From positions 32,001-96,000 of the IMG/VR virus record IMGVR_UViG_3300042695_002264: 64,000 bases of DNA; one strand, written 5' to 3'. Positions 9,623 to 19,424 of this stretch are shown piece after piece (position 1 is the stretch's first letter; every line of letters begins with the position of its first letter). The notes under the pieces are model-generated. The model was given only the letters and a program-made list of their open reading frames with translations. It was not told the origin of the DNA and ran no database searches. Source of the stretch: a virus. The position numbers and the translations under genes were made by a program.

Positions 9623-10660
9623 CTATAGATTAAAGTATATTTTGTTAATTAATCCAAGATTTTTATCATATATAGAGGAAATAACCCCTCTAGTATTATT
9701 AACATAGCCTTTACGCTTATGCCATGCATCAGTAGCAGATAAGGATGGAAGTATTTCAACCTTGACACCGCAATATTCACGCAACATTTCTTGATGGAAA
9801 TGTCCTAATTTAATATATCTGCTTGGGCATTCTGACCATTCTTTTGGCATTTCTGCCGCCATAATAAGCGGCAAATCAGAGTTTTTTTCTTGATCACCAT
9901 GTGTATACATGATCAAATTTTTGCCATAAACATAATATTTACGATCTGTTGATCCGTTATCGACATTAACGTGCTTATCATTTTGATATTTTATATGCAA
10001 TAATTCGCCAAGCATAAATTCGCTAACCCTTCCATGGTTGCCAGGAACAACAACAACATCTACTGGAGCAAGCTGTTTTAACTTTTCTATTGTTTCAATT
10101 ACAACTCTTCTTCCCTCTTTAAAAATCTTTTTAAATCTCGAATCAGTATCTTGTTGTGTTCCAGCAGTTGTTGTTCCCTGCTCGTTATCTATTTGGAAAA
10201 AATCCTGCCCAAATGGAAAAACAATTTTTGTAATTGGAAATTTTGAAGCAGTATTTAGCGTAAAATCTATAGACTTTATTAAAGCCTCTTCTGCTAAATC
10301 CATATCATAATTTTGCCCAGATTCTTCATCCCACGCGAGTTTGCCCCAATGAAGATCAAACAAGCCAAACTCCATTAGGAGATTTTCCTCTTTGTGCTTG
10401 TGCTGAACTTTAACTGGACTTTTTGCATATTCAGCGAGTTCTTTTTTAAGCTCTTCAATATTCCATAGTAAGGGCGATTTTCTCTTAAATGTAATTTTAT
10501 AGTTATAGCCCTTTGTATTTTCCTCTACAGCGTAACGCTCTACTTCCCAAGTATCAAGATCAGCTTTGCACCCCCTAAGCGCATCCTCAAGAGATTTAGA
10601 GTTTACTTCTACTTCTTTTTCCATTCTTTCTTCGTTTGCCATAATTATATTTGTCTCCAT
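9623..10660 (-). CDS. calcineurin-like metallophosphoesterase
   Basis: DLHWG, GQD, GNHG, THGD, GHFH. Confidence 0.85.
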   Translation of the reverse strand: METNIIMANEERMEKEVEVNSKSLEDALRGCKADLDTWEVERYAVEENTKGYNYKITFKRKSPLLWNIEELKKELAEYAKSPVKVQHKHKEENLLMEFGLFDLHWGKLAWDEESGQNYDMDLAEEALIKSIDFTLNTASKFPITKIVFPFGQDFFQIDNEQGTTTAGTQQDTDSRFKKIFKEGRRVVIETIEKLKQLAPVDVVVVPGNHGRVSEFMLGELLHIKYQNDKHVNVDNGSTDRKYYVYGKNLIMYTHGDQEKNSDLPLIMAAEMPKEWSECPSRYIKLGHFHQEMLREYCGVKVEILPSLSATDAWHKRKGYVNNTRGVISSIYDKNLGLINKIYFNL

Positions 10661-11643
10661 TCTACATTTTGAAATGCTTGTAGATCACTTCCACCAGCAT
10701 AACTAATTGCTGATGATAGGTCTTGCTGAATTTCTTCAAGTTTTTGTTTGTATGTCATTCCATTCATCGACATCGAAATAGTTTTACCTTCAATATTTTT
10801 TTTGTTCCCATTTAATGAAGACGCCGAGCCAAAATACAATTTTTTAGTTGGGTCCGTTGGATCGACAAGGGCTGGAGAATCAATACATCTGGCGAACATG
10901 CTTCCACACATCACCATATCTGCCCCAGCTACCATAGCCTTTGCTATATCGCCATTAGAGGAAATTCCACCATCACCAATAATCATTGGGGCACGAACTC
11001 CACGTTCATTAATTAAATCAATTTTGGCTTGTTTTACTTCCTGAATACTGGAGAACATTGGGGAAGCAAATCCTGTTTTGTTATAAGTAATGCATGAAGC
11101 GCCACATGCAATACCAACTTTTACCGCATCTACAAGACCAGCCATGCGAATATAAGCGTCAGCAGTAGCAATATTTCCACCAATAATAAACAAATTCGGA
11201 TTATCATTCGTCCTATAAATATTCAAGAAGCGCAACATTTCTAATGCAGCTTCATGATCGCCATGGGCAACATCAACTGTTACATAATCTAATTTAAGAT
11301 TTAATTCTTTAATTTTATGAATAAATTCTATATCACGCTTTTTAATTCCAAGAGAAATTGAGATATATGGAACTGTAGTATATTTGAACTTTGCTGATTC
11401 GCTAATCCAATTTATAATTTCTTCATATTCATAAAAACGATGAAGAATATAAAAGTATTTATTTTGAGCTAGCCATTCAGCCTTCTCAAAAGAAATGCAT
11501 GAGGCCATATTTGCTGGAACTACCGGCAATTCAAATTCGTTATTTGCAACCCTAACTTTCGTATTTGCATCTTTGCGAGAATGAAGCGTTGAATAATTAG
11601 GTACAAGATGGATATCTTTGTAATTTAAACTTTTAATAGGCAT
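10645..11643 (-). CDS. guaC: GMP reductase
   Basis: PVVPANM, DVAHG, KVGIACGASCIT, DGGI..NGDIAKAMVAGADMVM, YFGSAS, SAISYAG; no CBS domain. Confidence 0.9.
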   Translation of the reverse strand: MPIKSLNYKDIHLVPNYSTLHSRKDANTKVRVANNEFELPVVPANMASCISFEKAEWLAQNKYFYILHRFYEYEEIINWISESAKFKYTTVPYISISLGIKKRDIEFIHKIKELNLKLDYVTVDVAHGDHEAALEMLRFLNIYRTNDNPNLFIIGGNIATADAYIRMAGLVDAVKVGIACGASCITYNKTGFASPMFSSIQEVKQAKIDLINERGVRAPMIIGDGGISSNGDIAKAMVAGADMVMCGSMFARCIDSPALVDPTDPTKKLYFGSASSLNGNKKNIEGKTISMSMNGMTYKQKLEEIQQDLSSAISYAGGSDLQAFQNVEWRQI

Positions 11644-11657
11644 AATATGTTATTTTT

Positions 11658-12245
11658 TTAGATATATCTGACAAGTAGCCAATAAACTTTATCAAGAAGT
11701 TTTCTTAGCAATTCAATTGGCTTGATGATAATTTTCCACTTAATGAATCTATAAAATTTAGTATTAAAAAAATATTTATTATACCATAGCTTTGCTTTGC
11801 GAGCAGATTCGGCCATATTCTTTTGTAAGTTATCTAGTCTTTCAGTTGCATCGCTTATTTCGTAAGACAAAATCTCTATATTTTCAAGTTTACCATTAGT
11901 AAATTTGGCCAGATAATCTATTGAGATATCAGTTGCCTTATTACCATCTTTATTGCGAACGGTTTCGTAGCAATAAAAATTCACTACACCATGGTAATTG
12001 TATGGAACAATTTCTTCTTTGACGACTTCCATATACCCCTTCAAGAAGGCACTATCATCATCTTTCCATTCATACTCGCGCTTTCTACAAAGAAGGTCGC
12101 CATTTTCATTAAGAATATAGAGATCTAATACATTGTCAAAATCTTTGGTTTGAAATTCACTATCGCATGCATCTGGCATAATATCAATAACCTCTAATGG
12201 TAGGGGTAATGGATAATCACACCGTATTGAATCGTACATTCCCAT
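11658..12245 (-). CDS. hypothetical phage protein
   Basis: MGMYDSI...FQTKD...AKFTNG pattern; promoter TTGACA-17-TAATAT at 12255..12283. Confidence 0.75.
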   Translation of the reverse strand: MGMYDSIRCDYPLPLPLEVIDIMPDACDSEFQTKDFDNVLDLYILNENGDLLCRKREYEWKDDDSAFLKGYMEVVKEEIVPYNYHGVVNFYCYETVRNKDGNKATDISIDYLAKFTNGKLENIEILSYEISDATERLDNLQKNMAESARKAKLWYNKYFFNTKFYRFIKWKIIIKPIELLRKLLDKVYWLLVRYI

Positions 12246-12279
12246 AATGTTTGTATATTATTGTTTTTGTGCGTAATTG

Positions 12280-12918
12280 TCAATTAATTAATTTAAACGC
12301 TTCAAGAGTATATTTGAATGGATTGCCTTCGATTTTGGACACTTGATTTAACATTTGTTTAGCAATGTTTTTAATTTCAAGCTGCGCATCTGGTTTGTTT
12401 CGCAGATTTAAAAAGTGGGCAAAACTGCGAAAGTTAAACATTACATCGGCAACTATCTGAGTATTGTATGGTCGAAAAAATCGAGCAGATTCTTTTGCCC
12501 TTTTCCTATCAATTCCATACCTTGAAGTTAAACTATCAATGCATTTATGATATAATTCAAGCCCATTCTTTGTATATTTATGAAGCTCATCAACCCACTC
12601 ATATGGCCAATCACTTGGAGTATAATACTCGTCTTCTTTTAATTCTTTATATCGCGCGCTTTCAGCGTTAATTGAAACGCCAATTCGGTGCTTTAATAGG
12701 TGGATATGACTAGCAATATCTGTTTTAACAAGAAAATGAATGGATGATTTTTCAAATGGAGTATGATGCCCATTAGAGGCAAGCATTTCCAATAAGGCTG
12801 GAATTCTTTTCTTTTTATCTTCAGTAATTTCTCTACTTGTAGATGTCCATGCTGAACATGCATGGGTTTCATCTGAGCCATAATAACCAATTAACTCAAC
12901 GGTATTAGTATTTTTCAT
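12280..12918 (-). CDS. thyX: FAD-dependent thymidylate synthase
   Basis: HHTPFE, KHR-x7-SARY, ESAR, NFRS...LR...AQLEI. Confidence 0.92.
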   Translation of the reverse strand: MKNTNTVELIGYYGSDETHACSAWTSTSREITEDKKKRIPALLEMLASNGHHTPFEKSSIHFLVKTDIASHIHLLKHRIGVSINAESARYKELKEDEYYTPSDWPYEWVDELHKYTKNGLELYHKCIDSLTSRYGIDRKRAKESARFFRPYNTQIVADVMFNFRSFAHFLNLRNKPDAQLEIKNIAKQMLNQVSKIEGNPFKYTLEAFKLIN

Positions 12919-12921
12919 ATT

Positions 12922-13575
12922 TTAATCTTTATTTTTTTCAAACTGATAAAAGTAGAATTCATCTTCACCAGCAAACCAGCGGCTTCCAGACTGTTCGCAA
13001 GAAAATTCTTTGTTAAAAACAATCCACTTATCATGACCTTTTAATTCGCTGCCAATCCATGCCCCGCCATCTCGCCAAACAACTCGATTACCAGGCTGCA
13101 AAAAGTATTGACCACCTTCACCAACGATTAGATGTCCTTGCTTATGACCCCCTGGGTTTTCACTTTGACCTGTTTGAAATTCTGGCCCATAAGACCAATC
13201 AATAGTCATTAAATATTTTCCGTTGTGCCATTTTTTATCTTTTAAAAGAATTTTACAAGCACTATTTTTTAAATATTCGTACCTATGAACTGAAAAATAT
13301 GGAGAATAACTATCCCAAAGTTCTAGCCAGTCGAGAGGATAATCGCTTAATCCATTTTCTGGCAGCTTGTCATTCAAATAATGAATTGGAACCCTAGTAT
13401 GAATACTTCCCATTTCAGTCATTACTGAGAATAGGCCACAACGACGATTTAAAGAAGTAAATCCAAAAACCTCTACAGGAATAAATTCTCCAGTTCCTCT
13501 AGCCTCTTTGTTGTAAAGAAAACTAGTATCCAGCCATGAAGTAAAAAGTGGTATATCAGAATTAATATAAGCCAT
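12922..13575 (-). CDS. hypothetical phage protein
   Basis: 217-aa ORF; LELWD, YLMTIDW, HKQGH, QPGNRV. Confidence 0.75.
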   Translation of the reverse strand: MAYINSDIPLFTSWLDTSFLYNKEARGTGEFIPVEVFGFTSLNRRCGLFSVMTEMGSIHTRVPIHYLNDKLPENGLSDYPLDWLELWDSYSPYFSVHRYEYLKNSACKILLKDKKWHNGKYLMTIDWSYGPEFQTGQSENPGGHKQGHLIVGEGGQYFLQPGNRVVWRDGGAWIGSELKGHDKWIVFNKEFSCEQSGSRWFAGEDEFYFYQFEKNKD

Positions 13576-13734
13576 TTCTATAGTGATTAATTATTCCAAT
13601 CTGGAAGTGGCGGCTCTAGATATTCTTTTATAAATTTAATATCTTTTTTAATATGAATTAACCTTACTTCGCTAGAGAGTAAAACAAAAAATATTCCCAA
13701 CAATAATCCTAAAATTGCAAAATCGAAATAGTGC

Positions 13735-13950
13735 CTATTCATTTTCTACAAAGTCAAGATGAGTGTTTTCTGGAAGTGTAAATCCAATAGCTTGCAAAAA
13801 TCTTTCAAAAGCATACAGGTGATCACTCAATCCAGATTGCTGATCAATTTGCATATGAACAGTTGGAAAAACCTGATCTTTAGATGGGCCGAGAGTATCA
13901 ACCACAGTATAAGTATGATTTTCAGCTTGTTTAACTTTTAAATTTGTCAT
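13735..13950 (-). CDS. hypothetical protein
   Basis: ORF, FERFLQAIGF motif. Confidence 0.65.
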   Translation of the reverse strand: MTNLKVKQAENHTYTVVDTLGPSKDQVFPTVHMQIDQQSGLSDHLYAFERFLQAIGFTLPENTHLDFVENE

Positions 13951-14227
13951 AATTTTTAAGAGATTCTTCTAAAAGATTTGAAATTACATCATTTACAGAG
14001 ATGTCTTTTTCGCAAGATTCTTGGATAATAAACAAAAGCAATTCTTGTGGCCAACTATCCATGTCCAACTCCATCTTTACAAATGGTTTAATGGTGATAG
14101 CCCCAGTTTCTTCATCGACTTTCATTGAAAGTTTTTGATTTTTTTCCCAACCAAGTTCCTCCATTTCTTCTTCGGAGAATTGGATAAAAAGATCTTTTTT
14201 TTCTTGGACTTTTTTATGTTTTTCCAT
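13931..14227 (-). CDS. AbrB/SpoVT-like plus ribbon-helix-helix-like DNA-binding protein
   Basis: LFIQFSEEEMEELGW...AITIKP; ISVNDVISNLL; promoter TTGACA-17-GATAAT at 14234..14262. Confidence 0.6.
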   Translation of the reverse strand: MEKHKKVQEKKDLFIQFSEEEMEELGWEKNQKLSMKVDEETGAITIKPFVKMELDMDSWPQELLLFIIQESCEKDISVNDVISNLLEESLKNYDKFKS

Positions 14228-14238
14228 TCGCGTATTAT

Positions 14239-14604
14239 CTAACTATTTTCTTTCCATGTCAATAAATTTTTGTCACTAATTTGTATTTTATAATTTTTAT
14301 AGTAAAAAATTGTTTCTTCTGTTTCAAGTTTGGAGTGTAGGCTCTGCCAAAGTAAGTCAAGTAAAAGCGCAGCAGTATCTTCAAAAAGAAAATAGCCATC
14401 TAGAGATATCAATTGTTTTATCTGATCGTTTTGTTGGACGATATGATTTATATAATCCTCTATATTTTTTCTGGCCGCTTTCCATCTAGGATCCAAAGAT
14501 TCTATTGTGCGCGATTTTAATAATTCATTACGGAAATTATGATCAATCATGTTGGATAAATTACCAACAGTTTGATTATATGTATCTACGATTTCCTTTT
14601 TCAT
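14239..14604 (-). CDS. hypothetical protein
   Basis: ORF, start trimmed to MKKEIVD. Confidence 0.6.
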   Translation of the reverse strand: MKKEIVDTYNQTVGNLSNMIDHNFRNELLKSRTIESLDPRWKAARKNIEDYINHIVQQNDQIKQLISLDGYFLFEDTAALLLDLLWQSLHSKLETEETIFYYKNYKIQISDKNLLTWKENS

Positions 14605-14747
14605 ATCTAAGCCAACCAACTTCAAAAATAAAGTTTCCTAAGTATATGCTGTATTTTCTATAAAACCTAGATCGTATGATAAAAACTTTAAATGAGAAAT
14701 CTTTTTTGCGCCAGATTAGAAAATGATATTTTCCAAAATGAATGTTT

Positions 14748-15026
14748 TTAATATTTTTCGTTGTAGTCATCTGCAAAAATACTTTCTTTGCCATTTTTCA
14801 TTTGATCGAAACGTTCTTGGGAAAGGTTCATTTTAATAAAGTCAAGAATATGACTAGCCTCTTCATCTGTTAAGTGAAATTCTAAATTTTCACCATCAAA
14901 TTTTGACCCGTAATTAAATTCAAAATTAATTACAACATGCGGATCCAAATCCAAAAAAGATTTATCACTAAAATCAGAACGATATTCAACTTCTTCTGGT
15001 TCAAGTGGTTTTATTACTATTTTCAT
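14748..15026 (-). CDS. hypothetical protein
   Basis: ORF tiling. Confidence 0.65.
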   Translation of the reverse strand: MKIVIKPLEPEEVEYRSDFSDKSFLDLDPHVVINFEFNYGSKFDGENLEFHLTDEEASHILDFIKMNLSQERFDQMKNGKESIFADDYNEKY

Positions 15027-15610
15027 TTTACAAAATACTTTAAGTATCTGCTGTTTTTATCAAGATATTGATCAATAGTCAAGAAAATTATGGGCATTTT
15101 TTTCCAGATACGCGGGTTTTCGTATGGTGTTGGATACCATTTTCTATAAATAAGTGCATATAAGTAAGCAAATAGATAAGAATTTGCTTTCTGTATATAT
15201 TCTTCCCTGCAGATATCTAGCTTATATTTTTTAATTTTTGCTATGGTTCTTTTTTCACAATCAAGTTCTAATGCAATTGTATTTTTAAAACCTTTGTCTC
15301 TGCGCTGTTCGCTAATATTCTTTTTATTTATCCAAGCCTCTACAACGCATAGGCTTTCACTGTCTGAAACCCATAGTTTTGATTTTTCTAAAAACTGATC
15401 AAGATGGCAAGATTCATGAACAAGAACATCTAGCCACTCTCTAACGTTGTTTTTATTAGTTGCTACTACTAAATTTTTTTCATCAAAATAGCCACTGCAT
15501 GGAAGGTTTTCTTGATCTACTTTATTAACATAATCTAAATGAAAAAACATTTTATTTTGAATGCATTTAAATGCTACGTCGCCAATAAGCTTTTTAATAT
15601 TTTTATTCAT
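15023..15610 (-). CDS. putative zinc metallopeptidase-fold protein
   Basis: LVHESCHLDQ (HEXXH) plus downstream ELDCE. Confidence 0.6.
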   Translation of the reverse strand: MNKNIKKLIGDVAFKCIQNKMFFHLDYVNKVDQENLPCSGYFDEKNLVVATNKNNVREWLDVLVHESCHLDQFLEKSKLWVSDSESLCVVEAWINKKNISEQRRDKGFKNTIALELDCEKRTIAKIKKYKLDICREEYIQKANSYLFAYLYALIYRKWYPTPYENPRIWKKMPIIFLTIDQYLDKNSRYLKYFVK

Positions 15611-16395
15611 TTAATTTTGTATGTGGAAAATCTGCCATCTCTAATTTTCGCGTAGTCTTTTAGATTAGTGTCCATATTCCAGCTTTCATATTCTGTATTT
15701 ATTGCCGTTGCTGTTGGTTCTGGAACATAGCTGTGTCCAAAAACCTGCCTTCCAATATCTTTGGATGCATGAAATTCATTATGGTAATCAAGCCACAAAA
15801 GACCGCCAGTATTGTCTTGTCCACCACGAGCAATACCAACAGCAGAAATAAGTGAATTTTGACGATAGGTAGTGTTTCTAAAATTGAGCCATACATCTGG
15901 CAATACATCGTCAATAACTTGCTCAACGGTCATTCTGTATGGGATTTGACGATTTATCACCCCAGCATGAGAAAAAATCCAGCCTTGAGAACGATGTGCT
16001 ATTTTGAAATTTTCAATGAACCAATCATCCTTCAAGCCCTTATCATAAAAAACTTGCCTGAAGGTAGCAATTTTGCTTTTTGTAACGCCAGAACACCAAT
16101 ATGTAACGCTTGGCGCAACGCTTGAATAGCCTGTCTTTTTATTATTATAAATATAGGCAAGATCATGGTTTCCAACAAGGAATACCATTTTTTTATGTTT
16201 ATTGTTTTCCCAAACAAGATCCCGAACAAAAAGACAAGTATCTTTGAAGCTTGCTACTTTTGGTGGCTCATGAAAAGAATCAAACCAGTCTCCTAAAAAA
16301 ACTATTTCATCAAATGAATTAATATCTTCAACGGCAAAAATCTTTTTGACCGCATTGATGTCTTGATGAACGTCTGGAATGACAAGCGTGATCAT
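15607..16395 (-). CDS. calcineurin-like metallophosphoesterase
   Basis: PDVH, LGDWFD, GNHD, SHAG, GHS. Confidence 0.88.
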   Translation of the reverse strand: MITLVIPDVHQDINAVKKIFAVEDINSFDEIVFLGDWFDSFHEPPKVASFKDTCLFVRDLVWENNKHKKMVFLVGNHDLAYIYNNKKTGYSSVAPSVTYWCSGVTKSKIATFRQVFYDKGLKDDWFIENFKIAHRSQGWIFSHAGVINRQIPYRMTVEQVIDDVLPDVWLNFRNTTYRQNSLISAVGIARGGQDNTGGLLWLDYHNEFHASKDIGRQVFGHSYVPEPTATAINTEYESWNMDTNLKDYAKIRDGRFSTYKIK

Positions 16396-16541
16396 ATATG
16401 GATTATACGCTTTTTTTGAAGTTTATGTCCAGATTCTTTTCAAGAGACGCTTTTTAAATGGAATCCACCAAAAAATAAATTTCATCTTCCATGTAAATTT
16501 GTAATTTAATGGATCTGCTGGAATTATAATTTTCTTGCGCT

Positions 16542-16697
16542 TTACTTCCAAAGTGCCAAAGAAGACAATTTAGAGTGTAGCCACAATGAAAAGTTTTGCC
16601 ATACGGATTGCTTGGCAGCAACTGGCTTAACAGTCTTTTTTGTGCTATTCTTTTTAGCTACTGTCTTTTTTGGTTTTACTGATGTTTTCTTTTTCAT
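16542..16697 (-). CDS. Lys-rich small protein (51 aa)
   Basis: Manual translation MKKKTSVKPKKTVAKKNSTKKTVKPVAAKQSVWQNFSLWLHSKLSSLALWK; starts 1 nt after upstream stop. Confidence 0.6.
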   Translation of the reverse strand: MKKKTSVKPKKTVAKKNSTKKTVKPVAAKQSVWQNFSLWLHSKLSSLALWK

Positions 16698-16698
16698 A

Positions 16699-17850
16699 TT
16701 AATTAAATCCTATTTTTGGTTTTTCTAAATTTTTAATATTTCCAATTAATTCCTCGTCTGATTTTGCATAAAATATATCTGCAAGAGTCATATTATCTTG
16801 TGCTTCTATATTTAAATCAAGTTTTTTTATTAATCTATCTGCATTTTCTTTATCTAATCCCATAAAAGAGTATTCAGCTTTTAGCCGCCCTTTTCTCAAA
16901 AGCGCTTCGTCAATATCCTGACGATCACAGTTGTAAGTAACAATTACATTTAATTTTAGCACATCACCCAAAATTCCATCAGTCATATTGAGCAGTGTTG
17001 ACACAAGAGATGGCTGATCTGATAGGCTACGTTTAGTAAGTGCTTTTTCAGCATCTTCAAGAATCAAAATACAATCTTGCTTTTTGCGAAGCAAGTTTAA
17101 AATTGCGGGATTGGTAATTTCATCTATGAATGATGTTGGGAAGAAAATAACATCTTTTTTAAGAACAGATGCAAGGTATCTAATATAAGTTGTTTTTCCT
17201 GTTCCTGGCAATCCATGAAACATGTAAAGGCCAGAATGGTTTTCATGCAATGATTTAATGATTTTTTTGTTTATATTGGCGAATTCATCACCATAATTAA
17301 AATCAATATCAAAAGTTTCTGGTAAGTTAATTTCAAATTTAGAAAATGAAAAATTTCCATACTCTTGATTTACCATGAATACTTTCGGCTTATTGTCCAG
17401 TATTAGAAAATCTTCAAATTCTTTGTTTGTACAAGCATGGCTTGATGGGTAATAAAATGCTAATTTGCACTTATCACGTTCGCTTTTTGCATCTCCGATG
17501 GTAACTTGTATAAAATTATCTTTATAAAAATAAAAGCTGCCCTCTTCATAATCTAGGTTTGGAAGTATCATTTCTCCACCAATCATAAAGGGCTCATCTT
17601 CACTTTCATCACGCAAGGCTTTTTCTATTTTAACCTCTTCGCCAGATTGGATTAGTTTTGCTTTATTCTTTTTTAAATAACTTAATACTTTATCAAGATC
17701 AAAAAAATCTCTGTATCTTTTATAACTTGGCGCAGCGCCATCATAAATATGGCAAATAAGCGGCATTGGGTTAAGAAACTCAGAGTGAAAAAGATGATAC
17801 GGATCTAGCGTGGATAGATGCTCTTTTGGGATTTTGTATGTTTTATCCAT
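16699..17850 (-). CDS. AAA+ ATPase
   Basis: GLPGTGKT, ILEDAE, LLNMTDG, IDEALLRKGR. Confidence 0.88.
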   Translation of the reverse strand: MDKTYKIPKEHLSTLDPYHLFHSEFLNPMPLICHIYDGAAPSYKRYRDFFDLDKVLSYLKKNKAKLIQSGEEVKIEKALRDESEDEPFMIGGEMILPNLDYEEGSFYFYKDNFIQVTIGDAKSERDKCKLAFYYPSSHACTNKEFEDFLILDNKPKVFMVNQEYGNFSFSKFEINLPETFDIDFNYGDEFANINKKIIKSLHENHSGLYMFHGLPGTGKTTYIRYLASVLKKDVIFFPTSFIDEITNPAILNLLRKKQDCILILEDAEKALTKRSLSDQPSLVSTLLNMTDGILGDVLKLNVIVTYNCDRQDIDEALLRKGRLKAEYSFMGLDKENADRLIKKLDLNIEAQDNMTLADIFYAKSDEELIGNIKNLEKPKIGFN

Positions 17851-17859
17851 AAATTTAAA

Positions 17860-17932
17860 TGGAGGTGACAGGGCTCGAACCTGCTACCTTGACCTTGCAA
17901 AGGTCCTGCTCTACCAGATGAGCTACACCCCC
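17860..17932 (-). tRNA. tRNA-Ala(TGC)
   Basis: GGGGGTG/CACCTCC acceptor with G3.U70, loop TTTGCAA. Confidence 0.92.
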
Positions 17933-17937
17933 TAAAA

Positions 17938-18012
17938 TGGTGGACAGTGAGGGGATCGAACCCCCGACCAACTCGGTGTAAACGAGCCGCTCTACCGCTG
18001 AGCTAACTGTCC
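17938..18012 (-). tRNA. tRNA-Val(TAC)
   Basis: Cloverleaf, loop TTTACAC, CCA encoded. Confidence 0.95.
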
Positions 18013-18015
18013 ATG

Positions 18016-18099
18016 TGGGAGTGGATGGATTCGAACCAACTAAGCCAAAAGGCGACAGATTTACAGTCTGTTGTAACTCTCCAACTTTACCGCGCTCCC
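18016..18099 (-). tRNA. tRNA-Tyr(GTA)
   Basis: ACAGA-CTGTAAA-TCTGT, long variable arm. Confidence 0.92.
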
Positions 18100-18112
18100 A
18101 ATTCATACTATT

Positions 18113-18141
18113 AGTATACAATTTTTGTATTAAAATGTCAA
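18113..18141 (-). promoter_or_regulatory. sigma70-like promoter of the Tyr-Val-Ala tRNAs
   Basis: TTGACA-17-TATACT. Confidence 0.8.
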
Positions 18142-18147
18142 ATAAAA

Positions 18148-18224
18148 TGGCGTTCCCAGCAGGGATCGAACCTGCAACCTACAGCTTAGAAGGCTGTTGC
18201 TCTCTCCAGTTGAGCTATGGGAAC
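18148..18224 (-). tRNA. tRNA-Arg(TCT)
   Basis: ACAGC-CTTCTAA-GCTGT, CCA encoded. Confidence 0.95.
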
Positions 18225-18231
18225 GTAATTA

Positions 18232-18618
18232 TTAAATTTTAGGCAAAATCAGCACTAGTCCCTCATGAACTTCTCTATGGCAGTTGGCGCACAATAGAAT
18301 ACATGGGGTGTTATTAATTTCATCTTTATATTTTTGCTGATTATTGTCCCTACCTATTCGTGAAAATTCCAGCGTTTTACCTGCGGGATCAACGTGATGC
18401 ACCTCTAGACCGGATAGGCACTTGTTATAGCCACAAATTTGACATTCACCACCCATGTATTCCATTAAAAAATATTTATTGTCTTTTCTTATATCACTTT
18501 TTCGCATATTTTTGCATGGTTTGCATTTGTAATATTTTTTATCACCAACAACTTTATTAAGTTCATGCAATACATCTCCATGTACTTTGCAATTTTTGAT
18601 TATTGATTTAGCATTCAT
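18232..18618 (-). CDS. HNH endonuclease with Cys zinc ligands
   Basis: CKPC, GGECQICGY, HHVDP, LLCANCHREVH; start trimmed to MNAKS. Confidence 0.88.
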   Translation of the reverse strand: MNAKSIIKNCKVHGDVLHELNKVVGDKKYYKCKPCKNMRKSDIRKDNKYFLMEYMGGECQICGYNKCLSGLEVHHVDPAGKTLEFSRIGRDNNQQKYKDEINNTPCILLCANCHREVHEGLVLILPKI

Positions 18619-18623
18619 TAATT

Positions 18624-18698
18624 TGGCTGTCGAGGTAGGATTCGAACCTACAACCAATGAGTTAACAGCTCATCGCTCTACCATTGAGCTACTCGACA
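18624..18698 (-). tRNA. tRNA-Asn(GTT)
   Basis: ATGAG-CTGTTAA-CTCAT, CCA encoded. Confidence 0.95.
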
Positions 18699-18732
18699 TT
18701 ATTACTTATAATACAACTGTATGCGCTCAGGG

Positions 18733-18924
18733 TCAATTTTTTCTTCTTATATAAAGCACAGCTTGCTCTTCATAAAAGCACCTAATAAGCGTTTTATCTC
18801 CCGAATATCCTTTTAAATAGTAATTTCTCCAAATTGGGAATAAGTTGAATCTCCATTGTGGCACATAGTATCTTTGCTCATTCTCAATGATTTTTTTAAC
18901 TCTATAGCTGTATAAAAAATTCAT
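18733..18924 (-). CDS. small hypothetical protein
   Basis: ORF with GTGTAA motif 8 nt upstream. Confidence 0.6.
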   Translation of the reverse strand: MNFLYSYRVKKIIENEQRYYVPQWRFNLFPIWRNYYLKGYSGDKTLIRCFYEEQAVLYIRRKN

Positions 18925-18954
18925 ACATACTATTACACCATAATTTGTAAAATT

Positions 18955-18994
18955 AAAAAAAATAGCAGACTATACTATGATAGCCTGCTATTTT
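18955..18994 (-). terminator. intrinsic terminator (possibly bidirectional)
   Basis: AATAGCAG...CTGCTATT inverted repeat flanked by A and T tracts. Confidence 0.7.
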
Positions 18995-19015
18995 AATACT
19001 TTTAAATACGGGTTT

Positions 19016-19123
19016 TTATTTAACAGCAGCGACTGTAGTTTTGCCGCATGGCTGACAAGGCTTTTTGGAAGCACAGGCTGCCAATGCAACAACTACAACG
19101 ATTGATAGAATAATATTTTTCAT
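19016..19123 (-). CDS. 35-aa lipoprotein
   Basis: Manual translation MKNIILSIVVVVALAA-CASKKPCQPCGKTTVAAVK; lipobox LAAC; own promoter and terminator. Confidence 0.75.
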   Translation of the reverse strand: MKNIILSIVVVVALAACASKKPCQPCGKTTVAAVK

Positions 19124-19424
19124 AAGGCCTTATTATATAATGTTTATTAAATAAGTCAAATATTTTGTTGGTTAAAAATAATAAAATGGTAATGAAGTGT
19201 TTTACTCTAGAAATTGTCACTTCTTCAACGAGTTCTGGCATGGAGCCAGATGCATCGTCATAGCTTGTATTTTAATAATGATACTTTCGTAGCTTCCCAT
19301 GACTTTTTGCTCAGTATCGGACCATTCTTATCAATCACCAACAAGCAACTTCAGTTTGGCTGATCAAGAATATGCGTCATGAACTTGATCGTATAAATTA
19401 TACTACGTTTTTTTAAATGGAAAG

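Noticed and set aside
17855-18242. ORFs 17855..18121 and 18015..18242
   Set aside because: They overlap tRNA genes
19020-19241. 73-aa ORF in the track
   Set aside because: An alternative frame gives a clean lipoprotein with promoter and terminator
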